Of a DNA stretch of 64,000 bases, positions 49,108 to 57,854 are shown piece by piece (positions within the stretch are counted from its first letter, which is position 1; every line of letters starts with the position of its first letter). The stretch lies in sequence record PV654397.1, one strand, 5' to 3'. The translations under genes were made by a program, and so were the position numbers. A model generated the notes under the pieces. The model was not told where the DNA came from. It saw only the letters and a list, made by a program, of their open reading frames with translations, and ran no database searches.

Positions 49108-49429
49108 GGAACAGCCTCACTTTGCCTAACTCGTCATTGGATATTAATTCGTTAACAGCTTTCTGTATATTCCTTAATAATAGCACATCAAATCCTTTTG
49201 TGTCAAGCACACATTGCATTTGGAAGAATTCTTCTTCTGATAATGTATTAAAATCCACAAAATTGTCTAATATTACGTCATTATCCAAATGTGCCATGTG
49301 CCATGTATTTCTTTCGGAGCGTTTAATAAAATTCCATCCATCTGGATAATCGGGTTCTAATTCTACATATATCCCTGATAATGTATAAAGCATTTTATAC
49401 TTCATAACTATTGTACTCATTGCTTTCAC
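49079..49429 (-). CDS. family A paralog (short form)
   Basis: LSEEEFFQMQCV. Confidence 0.8.
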   Translation of the reverse strand: MKAMSTIVMKYKMLYTLSGIYVELEPDYPDGWNFIKRSERNTWHMAHLDNDVILDNFVDFNTLSEEEFFQMQCVLDTKGFDVLLLRNIQKAVNELISNDELGKVRLFHDLEVPYQQ

Positions 49430-49737
49430 TGTACGTCGATGTCATAATACGCTCCTACTTCATAATCTTTCTTGCTTTGGAATTCATTAACGACTTTCTG
49501 TATATTTCTTAATGTTACCATGTCATGTCCGTACATGTCAACCACCAATTGCATTTGGAAAAATTCTTCTTCAGATAATGTATTAAAATCTATAAAATAA
49601 TCCGTAACAACATGTGCGTCTAAATTTGCCATGTACCATTGATTGGTATCGACCTCTTTAACCAAATTCCATGCATCTGAATCGGATTCTAATTCTACAT
49701 ATATTAATGTTAATGTATACAGCATTTTATACTTCAT
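49426..49737 (-). CDS. family A paralog (short form)
   Basis: LSEEEFFQMQLV. Confidence 0.8.
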   Translation of the reverse strand: MKYKMLYTLTLIYVELESDSDAWNLVKEVDTNQWYMANLDAHVVTDYFIDFNTLSEEEFFQMQLVVDMYGHDMVTLRNIQKVVNEFQSKKDYEVGAYYDIDVQ

Positions 49738-50233
49738 AACTATATCCTTGCATTAATAAATCATAAACGTTTGAAAGGTGCGGAATTTTGATATAAAATT
49801 TAAAACCCTTAATTAAAGGATTCGCGTACAATGAACTGAATAACTTTAGATAATGTATTTGACGAGGACTGTATAATAACGATTTCTGAAATAATTCAGC
49901 ACTACAATCTGAACTAATATCAATTAAATCAATTCGTGCTTCTACTTCATCATCTTGTTTCAAAACATAAAAGAAATAATCGTTTGTGTTGACCCACAAA
50001 TACCCTTCACTATTTTCGTATATAACAGGAGATGCTTGTTCTGGATTGCCTTGGGCAAATGCTGCAAAACAAACTTTTGCATTACTTTCATCTTTAAACA
50101 TAAACGATAATTTATCATATCTATCTTCTATGCGTAAATCACCTATAAAAATGTACTTATGCATAGAATGATTATTCTTGAGCATAAGCATTACTGTACT
50201 AATCTTGTGTGCTAATAATTCTATCTCATTCAT
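49727..50233 (-). CDS. family A paralog
   Basis: SAELFQKSLLY. Confidence 0.8.
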   Translation of the reverse strand: MNEIELLAHKISTVMLMLKNNHSMHKYIFIGDLRIEDRYDKLSFMFKDESNAKVCFAAFAQGNPEQASPVIYENSEGYLWVNTNDYFFYVLKQDDEVEARIDLIDISSDCSAELFQKSLLYSPRQIHYLKLFSSLYANPLIKGFKFYIKIPHLSNVYDLLMQGYSYEV

Positions 50234-50239
50234 ATATTA

Positions 50240-50320
50240 TTACCTATTGATAGATACATCGTCATTGACTTCTAATTCAACATAAATCATATCTTTTGTA
50301 TACAGCATTTTATACTTCAT
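50240..50320 (-). pseudogene. truncated copy of the 49426-49737 paralog
   Basis: MKYKMLYTKDMIYVELEVNDDVSINR-stop; 43-bp exact repeat 49714-49756 and 50297-50339. Confidence 0.7.
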
Positions 50321-50870
50321 AACTATATCCTTGCATTAAAAGATCATAAGCAATATCAACTAATTCTAAACGAATGAAAAATTTTAAATTATCTTTCAAT
50401 GGATTCAAATGCATTGTACTAAACAACATAAGATACTTCATTTGATTTGTATTGTATATTAGGGATGTCTGAAATACTTCTGCTTCATTGTAAGGATCAA
50501 TGAATTTTATACCTTCTTCACTATAATCCGTTTTGGAATTTTGATATATAAAATAATCATCACCATAATTGTACCACAAATAACCTTCAAAACTGGAATC
50601 AAATTCTGAATTTTCATTTCGCATTAAAGGTGATACTGAAATTGGATTTGAACCAACTGTTGCACAAACCTCAATGAAAGCATCTTCATTTCCCTTAACT
50701 TCTTCTTTGATTTTATCATTGTACTGTCCTGCAAAACCAGCTTTTACTTCCAAATATAAACTACTCCCAACTTTATTAATTCTTAAAAGGGAACTCTGTA
50801 CTGTATTCGCATTGTTCAGCACTAACGATATTGTGCAAATCTTATGTACCAATAACTCAATATCATTCAT
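50310..50870 (-). CDS. family A paralog
   Basis: EAEVFQTSLIY. Confidence 0.8.
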   Translation of the reverse strand: MNDIELLVHKICTISLVLNNANTVQSSLLRINKVGSSLYLEVKAGFAGQYNDKIKEEVKGNEDAFIEVCATVGSNPISVSPLMRNENSEFDSSFEGYLWYNYGDDYFIYQNSKTDYSEEGIKFIDPYNEAEVFQTSLIYNTNQMKYLMLFSTMHLNPLKDNLKFFIRLELVDIAYDLLMQGYSYEV

Positions 50871-50881
50871 ATTGGTATTCC

Positions 50882-51064
50882 TTAATTTGGTGGATTTGGA
50901 TGTAATAACTGATCTATATAATTTAAATGTTCTATTGTAACTAATGAAAGATAATAATTGTAATTATCTATACCACCCTTTAAATGTATATTGTAATACA
51001 TCTTGATACTTACTAATAAAGAATCATTTAAATCATTTATTGCTTTTGTATTAACGGTTTTCAT
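50882..51064 (-). CDS. small hypothetical protein
   Basis: 60 aa, TAATG-coupled. Confidence 0.6.
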   Translation of the reverse strand: MKTVNTKAINDLNDSLLVSIKMYYNIHLKGGIDNYNYYLSLVTIEHLNYIDQLLHPNPPN

Positions 51065-51186
51065 TAATGTTCTTCTCTTAAAAAACGCTTAATGGCACAA
51101 TCTAAATAAAAATCATAATACATCATATCTCTATTCTTAACCCATACACAATAATCTGCATTAATATTTCTTAATAATATATTCAT
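51064..51186 (-). CDS. 40-aa protein missed by ORF track
   Basis: MNILLRNINADYCVWVKNRDMMYYDFYLDCAIKRFLREEH. Confidence 0.5.
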   Translation of the reverse strand: MNILLRNINADYCVWVKNRDMMYYDFYLDCAIKRFLREEH

Positions 51187-51203
51187 ATTATAATCTTCAC
51201 ACC

Positions 51204-51614
51204 CTAATCGTGCCATTTAATAGGATACTCCGTTCCATTTATTGTATAAGATATAATCCATCCGTAATGAATAGGATGATTTTTGTCTGAATCAGGAATA
51301 AAATATAAAGATGTACTGGGGTTATAACTGAATAAATCGTTGTTACCAATTGTAAAATGTGATAACTCAATCTTCCTTGTACCTGTACTTGGACGAAGAA
51401 CATTCTTAACACCGAAGACTGTACCTTGATATTTCTCGGAAAATTCAAACAATGCATCTGCAATTAAATCACGAAACTCCGCATGTATGGTTTCAAAAAA
51501 ATCTATATTACACGATGTTTTAATATCCTTGAACTCCTTATATAAAGAGCTTCTTGTATTCAAAAGAAATATTACTTTTTTAAGATCCTGAACTATTTCT
51601 GGATTCATATTCAT
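51204..51614 (-). CDS. hypothetical protein, family C-like
   Basis: FSEKYQGTVF. Confidence 0.65.
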   Translation of the reverse strand: MNMNPEIVQDLKKVIFLLNTRSSLYKEFKDIKTSCNIDFFETIHAEFRDLIADALFEFSEKYQGTVFGVKNVLRPSTGTRKIELSHFTIGNNDLFSYNPSTSLYFIPDSDKNHPIHYGWIISYTINGTEYPIKWHD

Positions 51615-51843
51615 TTATCTCATTCTGTAACTTATGCATCAAAATTTGTATATTAATTTTTCGTCCAAGGTGATTGAGAAATTTCTGTACCATTTCTTCT
51701 TGTACTGATGTACCAAGATAAAATAACATATTAAATTCCGATAACCTCAGAGCAAAATCGTCATCTCCCCCTTGTAAACAAAAATCCCTGTACTTTGATG
51801 CATACAAATAACGGTTTATTTTTTTGTACATTTGGGTCTGCAT
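51580..51843 (-). CDS. family B paralog
   Basis: YLGTSVQEEMV. Confidence 0.8.
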   Translation of the reverse strand: MQTQMYKKINRYLYASKYRDFCLQGGDDDFALRLSEFNMLFYLGTSVQEEMVQKFLNHLGRKINIQILMHKLQNEINEYESRNSSGS

Positions 51844-52028
51844 TGTATCTCCTTTTTCATGCACCTTATTAGATTATCAACGTATTGATCCTGTACTATT
51901 GTCCCTAGATAAAATGATACTTCGAACTCTGATAATTTTATATTGAAAGGATCTACATATACATCTTTAATAAACTCTTTGTACTTCAACATATATGCAT
52001 TAGGTATATTCTTATATATCGATTTCAA
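51816..52028 (-). CDS. family B paralog
   Basis: YLGTIVQDQYV. Confidence 0.8.
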   Translation of the reverse strand: MKSIYKNIPNAYMLKYKEFIKDVYVDPFNIKLSEFEVSFYLGTIVQDQYVDNLIRCMKKEIQCRPKCTKK

Positions 52029-52323
52029 TGATCCTCCCTGACATACCTTGTATTAGCTTATCATACATATCGAGCATCACTTTTTGAATACTAATTAATA
52101 CTGGCATCGTGCAAATATCAATGTCGTATATTAAGCTGTACTGGAATAATTCCTCTTCCTGCATGTGTACTAAATTAGGTAAAAGATAATTGTCTGCCTC
52201 TTCATCCTGGTACTTGAAATGCATAACACCATCCTTTTTGTACAAAAGAATGTCAATATCACCTAACTCTTCTGCATAACCAAAAATACATATACTCGAT
52301 GTTTTTGCTATATTAAATTTCAT
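52012..52323 (-). CDS. family A paralog (short form)
   Basis: QEEELFQYSLIYD. Confidence 0.8.
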   Translation of the reverse strand: MKFNIAKTSSICIFGYAEELGDIDILLYKKDGVMHFKYQDEEADNYLLPNLVHMQEEELFQYSLIYDIDICTMPVLISIQKVMLDMYDKLIQGMSGRIIEIDI

Positions 52324-52332
52324 ATTCTTCTC

Positions 52333-52656
52333 TTATATGTAGAATTCACATACGCGTTGAACAAAATTCTTTGGAAGATGACAATGTGCAATCATCTGCT
52401 TTTGTACTTCCTTCATGTCTTCGAATGTAAATCCTAAAGAATCATCATGTACTAACAAGTACTGAAACTCTTCTTCTTCAGAGATAGAACATAAATTCGG
52501 TACTGAAATTGTTTTTGCTTTTCTTGCACCCAATTTCCAATGAAAAGAATTATTGCATTTTCTGTACTCAAATATCTTCAACCCAGAACCTGTATTAAAA
52601 TCAGCTACTACAATGTAACATGAATTCTTACGTACAATACAATTGAACTTACGCAT
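52333..52656 (-). CDS. family A paralog (short form)
   Basis: SEEEEFQYLLVHD. Confidence 0.8.
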   Translation of the reverse strand: MRKFNCIVRKNSCYIVVADFNTGSGLKIFEYRKCNNSFHWKLGARKAKTISVPNLCSISEEEEFQYLLVHDDSLGFTFEDMKEVQKQMIAHCHLPKNFVQRVCEFYI

Positions 52657-52901
52657 TATCTCCACCTCTCTCCGTCTGTACAAGAGTACTGGTACGTTGT
52701 CGTTAGGGTAGGGACCATGTTTGTAATGGGCATGTTGTTAACAATAACCGTAACAGGCATAAGAATCGTCTCTACTCTACTCTGTCCTGTCCTTGTACAA
52801 TTCATCTTCTGCATTTCATCTGAATCCATGAAATACAATACAAATGGTGCAATCCCAAGAACAATACACAAGACGATAAGGAAATTTAAAAAATTCAACA
52901 T
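52656..52901 (-). CDS. small membrane-anchored protein
   Basis: N-terminal TM segment, Cys pair. Confidence 0.7.
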   Translation of the reverse strand: MLNFLNFLIVLCIVLGIAPFVLYFMDSDEMQKMNCTRTGQSRVETILMPVTVIVNNMPITNMVPTLTTTYQYSCTDGERWR

Positions 52902-52930
52902 AATTTTTACCCCATGATTAACGTACAGGT

Positions 52931-52959
52931 ACTATATCAGTAATGAAAAGTACTGTCAA
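52931..52959 (-). promoter_or_regulatory. sigma70 promoter
   Basis: TTGACA-N17-TATAGT with TGA extension; AGTACT shares the last A of -35. Confidence 0.8.
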
Positions 52960-52960
52960 G

Positions 52961-53335
52961 CTAGTATTGCACTGTTCTAATGAAAGTACCTTTACTCATG
53001 GATTTAAGCTTATGAACCTCTTCCTGCATACCCTTAATTAACCCTAAAGGTATAGGTAAATCATGTACTAAGCTGTACTGAAAGTATTCTTCTTCAGATA
53101 AAGTACTAACATCTGGAATGCCAATTTTAGTTAGATAATCTTGATGTGTTGACCAATAAATTATATCTTCAGTACTATTGTACTCCCCATATACTGAACA
53201 ATATTGATGAATATCTTTCCTGTACCCTTGAGCAATAAAGAACTTATCTACTGCATTACCAGCATTAATAGAATTCACTTCGATTGTCACAGTACTTGAG
53301 CTTGTTTTTCCTTTACTATGCATATTAATCCCCAA
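52961..53335 (-). CDS. family A paralog (short form)
   Basis: LSEEEYFQYSLVHD. Confidence 0.8.
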   Translation of the reverse strand: MGINMHSKGKTSSSTVTIEVNSINAGNAVDKFFIAQGYRKDIHQYCSVYGEYNSTEDIIYWSTHQDYLTKIGIPDVSTLSEEEYFQYSLVHDLPIPLGLIKGMQEEVHKLKSMSKGTFIRTVQY

Positions 53336-53511
53336 ATTAGATATCGAACACTATCAGCTTGATAGTTAGTTCCTACTGTGTGTTTTAATATTAACTCATC
53401 TTTCAGTACTGAACATTCTGCATTAGATATAGGAAGAGAATTAATTCTTTGAATTTCTGGTCGCAAAATACCGCGAAGCTTGCGGTAATCTTCGTATGAT
53501 AATATTTTCAT
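53287..53511 (-). CDS. family B paralog
   Basis: TVGTNYQADSV. Confidence 0.8.
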   Translation of the reverse strand: MKILSYEDYRKLRGILRPEIQRINSLPISNAECSVLKDELILKHTVGTNYQADSVRYLIWGLICIVKEKQAQVL

Positions 53512-53514
53512 TGT

Positions 53515-53859
53515 TTAGTACTCAACGATGTGTTCTTCATAATCACCATTAGGCTCCTGTTTAGATTCTTTCATTAGTACTACCATTTTATGTACTAATG
53601 GCATAGGAAACTCCAAATCCCATACTAATGATTCTTGAAAGTATTCCTCTTCAGATAAAGTACTTAAATCTTTAATATCAACGTGCTTGTATATTTTATT
53701 TTCGTAATTAACAAATGATATATATAAATCACTAACATAAGAATCATAGGTAATTGTGAATGGTTTACCCTTGTAATCCATTACATCTCTACATAGACTA
53801 CTTTTGATATATGTATGTTCAAATGATTTATATACCTTGAGTTGTATATTAGTTTTCAT
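53515..53859 (-). CDS. family A paralog (short form)
   Basis: LSEEEYFQESLVWD. Confidence 0.8.
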   Translation of the reverse strand: MKTNIQLKVYKSFEHTYIKSSLCRDVMDYKGKPFTITYDSYVSDLYISFVNYENKIYKHVDIKDLSTLSEEEYFQESLVWDLEFPMPLVHKMVVLMKESKQEPNGDYEEHIVEY

Positions 53860-54100
53860 ATTTCTCTTTATTAGCTTGTTTAGATTGTGTGGTTTTATAG
53901 TGAATTAAATCTATTAATGTAATCAAGTACAACGTCAAATAGTACTCTTGTTGATCTGTACCTAATGATACAAAGAACTTGTGCTCATAGATTAAAACCT
54001 GTTTCTCTTCAAATGGACATTTAATCCTCTGTATAGGCTTAAGTAAATGATAGTACTTATTAAATCTATGATACATTTCTAGTTCTGTCAGTACTTTCAT
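53849..54100 (-). CDS. family B paralog
   Basis: LGTDQQE. Confidence 0.8.
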   Translation of the reverse strand: MKVLTELEMYHRFNKYYHLLKPIQRIKCPFEEKQVLIYEHKFFVSLGTDQQEYYLTLYLITLIDLIHYKTTQSKQANKEKYEN

Positions 54101-54101
54101 A

Positions 54102-54323
54102 TTAAACACGTACTCCATTAGCTGTAGCATCACGTAAAGCTGTCAAATACTTCTGTACTGCTTGCTCTTGCTTATTTGTACCTAAAAGTATATACATCCA
54201 TAATTCACTGTAATGTACATCTTCTGTATAAGGGTTGTTGTAACTTTTTGATAATATAGCATCAAATTCAGATGCATGAACCCTTGCGAACTTAAGCATA
54301 TCTTGTTGTGTTATGATTCTCAT
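54102..54323 (-). CDS. family B paralog
   Basis: LGTNKQE. Confidence 0.8.
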   Translation of the reverse strand: MRIITQQDMLKFARVHASEFDAILSKSYNNPYTEDVHYSELWMYILLGTNKQEQAVQKYLTALRDATANGVRV

Positions 54324-54535
54324 ATCTTTTCCTGTACTATCTGCATAAGAATCTCTATGTGTGAATTAACAGTTCTCTCTTGATGCTGTGTTCCTAAGAG
54401 TGTCAGTACTATCATATCTGAACGCAAAAGATTTTTCTGAAGTTCACTTATATCAGTTCTTGAATCAAGTGCCATATATTTGTGATTATTCTTCCTGAAT
54501 AGTGCCAAGTACTCTTGATTTGATATTTCCTTCAT
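54320..54535 (-). CDS. family B paralog
   Basis: LGTQHQE. Confidence 0.8.
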   Translation of the reverse strand: MKEISNQEYLALFRKNNHKYMALDSRTDISELQKNLLRSDMIVLTLLGTQHQERTVNSHIEILMQIVQEKI

Positions 54536-54762
54536 AGTTTATCCCTGATGCCATTTAAAAGTGCTCTAATATGCTCCTGTACGAATTTGTACTGACTGTC
54601 TGTTCCTAGAGTGAGTAGTAATCTTAAATCTGAACTTTTGATATGATATTCTAAATCATTATTTGATTCTTGCATCAGTTTCTTAAAGGATGAGAAGTTT
54701 GCAGCCATTAGTTCAATGTATTCTGCTGTTCCTAGGGGTTTGTGTATTGGCTGTTTGTGCAT
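54532..54762 (-). CDS. family B paralog
   Basis: LGTDSQY. Confidence 0.8.
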   Translation of the reverse strand: MHKQPIHKPLGTAEYIELMAANFSSFKKLMQESNNDLEYHIKSSDLRLLLTLGTDSQYKFVQEHIRALLNGIRDKL

Positions 54763-54974
54763 TTTAATTTTATTACCCTTTTGAGTGTATTAATGTAATT
54801 ATACACATTGGCTTCTTGATAGTTAGTTCCCAGTGTAGCTTGAACATAGATTTCATTTAACTTAATAATTTTATCAGTATCTGGTAGTTTTGATGTGTTA
54901 ATGGCAAATAACTTCAAAAACAGTCCATTTAAGATTGTTAGGTATTCTTCGTCGGTAATGATTCGCATTTGCAT
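54732..54974 (-). CDS. family B paralog
   Basis: LGTNYQE. Confidence 0.8.
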   Translation of the reverse strand: MQMRIITDEEYLTILNGLFLKLFAINTSKLPDTDKIIKLNEIYVQATLGTNYQEANVYNYINTLKRVIKLKCTNSQYTNP

Positions 54975-55180
54975 TGGATAAACCTTTTTAGTTCTTTGAT
55001 GTAATCATTAATATTGTATTCTTGATAGTTAGTCCCTAGTGTAGCTTGAACATAGATTTCACTCATTAGAATATTTTTTTCTTCATCAAGTAAATCTGTG
55101 GTCTTTGCTATATACAATTTTAGAATTAAACTACTTAATAGTTCGTGGTATTCACTTGGTGAAAGGATTTTCATTTGCAT
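54938..55180 (-). CDS. family B paralog
   Basis: LGTNYQE. Confidence 0.8.
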   Translation of the reverse strand: MQMKILSPSEYHELLSSLILKLYIAKTTDLLDEEKNILMSEIYVQATLGTNYQEYNINDYIKELKRFIQCKCESLPTKNT

Positions 55181-55386
55181 GTTCTCAGTACAGATTCTTT
55201 AAGTTCATCGATGTAGTCCTCAACGAATTGCTCTTGGAAGTTAGTTCCAACATATAAAAGAACTCTTAAATCTGCTCTAAGTAACTCTTTTTCATCCTCA
55301 TCTATATCAGACAATGTTATGTTTAAGAATTTACTTGTATTAAAGATTAACAATTCTGTTTGTTCACTGTGGTTTAAAATTTTCAT
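55171..55386 (-). CDS. family B paralog
   Basis: VGTNFQE. Confidence 0.8.
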   Translation of the reverse strand: MKILNHSEQTELLIFNTSKFLNITLSDIDEDEKELLRADLRVLLYVGTNFQEQFVEDYIDELKESVLRTCK

Positions 55387-55594
55387 AATCTCTTTTTGCT
55401 TTCCTCGCCAAAAGGTACATATACGATTCTTCGTATTGTGCTTGGAAGTTTGTGTTTAAGAGTCGAAACAACTTCTGTTCTTCTAGAACGAGTTGCTTAT
55501 CTTCATAACAACGGTAGCGTATCAACTTTTTGTATTCGATGTTGATTACATCCATTACTATAAGCCCATGTTCATCATCTGTCAAGTGCTTCAT
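55364..55594 (-). CDS. family B paralog
   Basis: LNTNFQA. Confidence 0.8.
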   Translation of the reverse strand: MKHLTDDEHGLIVMDVINIEYKKLIRYRCYEDKQLVLEEQKLFRLLNTNFQAQYEESYMYLLARKAKRDYENFKPQ

Positions 55595-55833
55595 GCTTTT
55601 TTTCTTTTCCTGATGTGTTTAGTTAAAAGGTATATTAGTTTTCTGATGTATTCTTCTTGATAGTTTGTTCCTAGGAGTGCAAGAAGTTTTGCTTCAACTA
55701 AAGCTAATTGACGTTCTTCAAATGTGTGTTCCAGTATGTACTTTGGGTTTGATTTTTTAGAAATTGCACTATTAGTTTTCATTACAATCTTATGATATTC
55801 ATTAACTGTTAGGATTTTTAAATTCTTGAGCAT
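55591..55833 (-). CDS. family B paralog
   Basis: LGTNYQE. Confidence 0.8.
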   Translation of the reverse strand: MLKNLKILTVNEYHKIVMKTNSAISKKSNPKYILEHTFEERQLALVEAKLLALLGTNYQEEYIRKLIYLLTKHIRKRKKA

Positions 55834-56059
55834 GTATCTTTTCCTTTATAGAGAATTTAAGATATCGAAGCATACTTTCAATGTAATACTCTTGTCTGTC
55901 AGTTCCAAGAAAGTACAGGAGTTGAATGTATAAAACTTCTGCACTCCTTTCGGCATGTGACTTGTTTGTGTCGTTTGGAAGTTGATTTGTAAGTTTTCTG
56001 GATTTAATTAATCGTTCTTTTAACTCATCGTCTGTTAAGTATATCATTTTATTTTGCAT
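55802..56059 (-). CDS. family B paralog
   Basis: LGTDRQE. Confidence 0.8.
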   Translation of the reverse strand: MQNKMIYLTDDELKERLIKSRKLTNQLPNDTNKSHAERSAEVLYIQLLYFLGTDRQEYYIESMLRYLKFSIKEKIHAQEFKNPNS

Positions 56060-56279
56060 TTACTTTTTCCTTAATACTCATTACAAGATGTTCAATCATA
56101 TTTTGAACCATAAATTCTTGTTTATCAGTTCCAAGAACGTATGGTAGCTTCTGAAACAATACATTCGCAGACATTTCATATATTGATTGATTTGGAACGA
56201 ACTTAAGAGTAATGTTATTGGCTTTTAACATCTTCTCTTGAAATTCTTCATTCGTTAAGTATATCATTTCACTTTGCAT
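56049..56279 (-). CDS. family B paralog
   Basis: LGTDKQE. Confidence 0.8.
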   Translation of the reverse strand: MQSEMIYLTNEEFQEKMLKANNITLKFVPNQSIYEMSANVLFQKLPYVLGTDKQEFMVQNMIEHLVMSIKEKVNAK

Positions 56280-56505
56280 TTACTTTTTCCATAATAGTAA
56301 TTTTGAGATATTTAATTATACGTTCAACGTGATACTCCTGCCTATCAGTTCCAAGAAGGTATGGTAATGACTGGAATAAAACTTCTGCACTCCTTTCTGC
56401 TGGGGTTTGGTTTGGGTTGTGTGGAAGATATTTTGTAAGTTTTTTGGATTTATCTAGTCTTTCTGTTAACTCATCATGTGTTAAGTATATCATTTCATTT
56501 TGCAT
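56269..56505 (-). CDS. family B paralog
   Basis: LGTDRQE. Confidence 0.8.
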   Translation of the reverse strand: MQNEMIYLTHDELTERLDKSKKLTKYLPHNPNQTPAERSAEVLFQSLPYLLGTDRQEYHVERIIKYLKITIMEKVNAK

Positions 56506-56732
56506 TTAATGTTTCTTACATAAATTGTCTGGATTAAACAATCAATCCAAGTTTGAATATATTGGTTTTGATACTGTGTGCCTAAGAGACTCTGCATTTT
56601 AAACTCTGCTTCAAGTTCATATCTCTTTTCTATAGAAAAGCTCAAATGACCATATTCTTTATCGTATCTTCTCAGTGCTTCCCCAATTCTATCAAATCTT
56701 TCTGCTAATCTGATGTTATTCACAATATTCAT
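56490..56732 (-). CDS. family B paralog
   Basis: LGTQYQN. Confidence 0.8.
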   Translation of the reverse strand: MNIVNNIRLAERFDRIGEALRRYDKEYGHLSFSIEKRYELEAEFKMQSLLGTQYQNQYIQTWIDCLIQTIYVRNIKCKMK

Positions 56733-57007
56733 CGATCAGTACACCTCAGTGGTTGGGTCATTTGATGAAAGTACAGCTTACCTTTGATTTCCAATAGTAA
56801 CTCAGCAATTAATCGATTTACTTCTGGCTCTTGATAGTTTGTTCCCAATAATACACCCATCTTTAACTCACGCATCATAATCATTTTCTTACTGTGTTGA
56901 ATTTTTTGGTTGTGATAGATTGTATTACGTTTGTGCGTAATTTTTGTCATACGCTCGGTATATTCATCTTTACTTAAATTGATCATTTGCATGTTCATCA
57001 ACCTCAC
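56729..57007 (-). CDS. family B paralog
   Basis: LGTNYQE. Confidence 0.8.
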   Translation of the reverse strand: MRLMNMQMINLSKDEYTERMTKITHKRNTIYHNQKIQHSKKMIMMRELKMGVLLGTNYQEPEVNRLIAELLLEIKGKLYFHQMTQPLRCTDR

Positions 57008-57218
57008 ATTTATTTTCGATACAAATCATGAGTTCTCTAAGATAGTTTTTTATCTTACCTTCCTGATGGTTCGTCCCCAGGAAGTTGCATAACTCTGCTT
57101 CTATTATTTTGATTCTTCTGGTGTCAGGTTTCAATCTTTTGTTATTGAAGATTTGAATCCTTATATCCCTTGATGCATTTAAACGTTTTTGATATTCATG
57201 GAAAGATAAATTAATCAT
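56970..57218 (-). CDS. family B paralog
   Basis: LGTNHQE. Confidence 0.8.
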   Translation of the reverse strand: MINLSFHEYQKRLNASRDIRIQIFNNKRLKPDTRRIKIIEAELCNFLGTNHQEGKIKNYLRELMICIENKCEVDEHANDQFK

Positions 57219-57433
57219 TTACTTTGTATCTCTCTCTTGAGGGCATCAATTAACAACAGTACAGCATTCTCTTGATAGTTTGTTCCTAAGACTGAAAGCA
57301 TCTTAATCTCATTTACTACAATCAACTTCTTTGAGCGTTCAATAATGTTACTATTATAAACGGCGTTACGTGCTGGATAAGTTTTTGCAAGACGTTCATA
57401 ATATTCATCTTTACTTAAATTAATCATTTGCAT
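57215..57433 (-). CDS. family B paralog
   Basis: LGTNYQE. Confidence 0.8.
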   Translation of the reverse strand: MQMINLSKDEYYERLAKTYPARNAVYNSNIIERSKKLIVVNEIKMLSVLGTNYQENAVLLLIDALKREIQSK

Positions 57434-57642
57434 TTACTTTTGACCTCCTTGACTAATGCATCAACCCACATGTCTATATACATTTGTTGATAGTTTGTCC
57501 CTATGAGTGCCCCTGCATAGAGTTCAGCTATCATTGCATGTTTTAGGTTGGCAGGGATGCTCTTATCAGATTGAATCTTTACTCTTCTGTTGGCACATGT
57601 TTTCAGGAGTCTGATGTATTCAAAGCCTTGTAATTTTCTCAT
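57424..57642 (-). CDS. family B paralog
   Basis: IGTNYQQ. Confidence 0.8.
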   Translation of the reverse strand: MRKLQGFEYIRLLKTCANRRVKIQSDKSIPANLKHAMIAELYAGALIGTNYQQMYIDMWVDALVKEVKSKCK

Positions 57643-57854
57643 TCTTTTGATATCACCTTGTTACGTAAGGCACTTAACAATACGTCAGTGTAGATGTTTT
57701 GATAGTTTGTTCCTACGAAAGCACCCAACTTCATTTCAGCTATTATAACACATTTATCCTCTTGTGCAATAGACTTGTCTAAAGAAATACTAACAACTTT
57801 CCTTCTTATAGCTTGTAACCTCCAATGATACTGATACTCATTTAGGGTTATCAT
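57639..57854 (-). CDS. family B paralog
   Basis: VGTNYQN. Confidence 0.8.
   Translation of the reverse strand: MITLNEYQYHWRLQAIRRKVVSISLDKSIAQEDKCVIIAEMKLGAFVGTNYQNIYTDVLLSALRNKVISKE

Larger units (their letters stand above)
25005..53859 (-). repeat. family A tandem paralog array (acidic-FQxS motif)
   Basis: 47 ORFs with clear motif plus about 6 degenerate, listed individually. Confidence 0.85.

Noticed and set aside
49079-49737. DGR template/variable repeat pair
   Set aside because: Differences are mostly at codon third positions rather than adenine-specific, and no reverse transcriptase is in the window.
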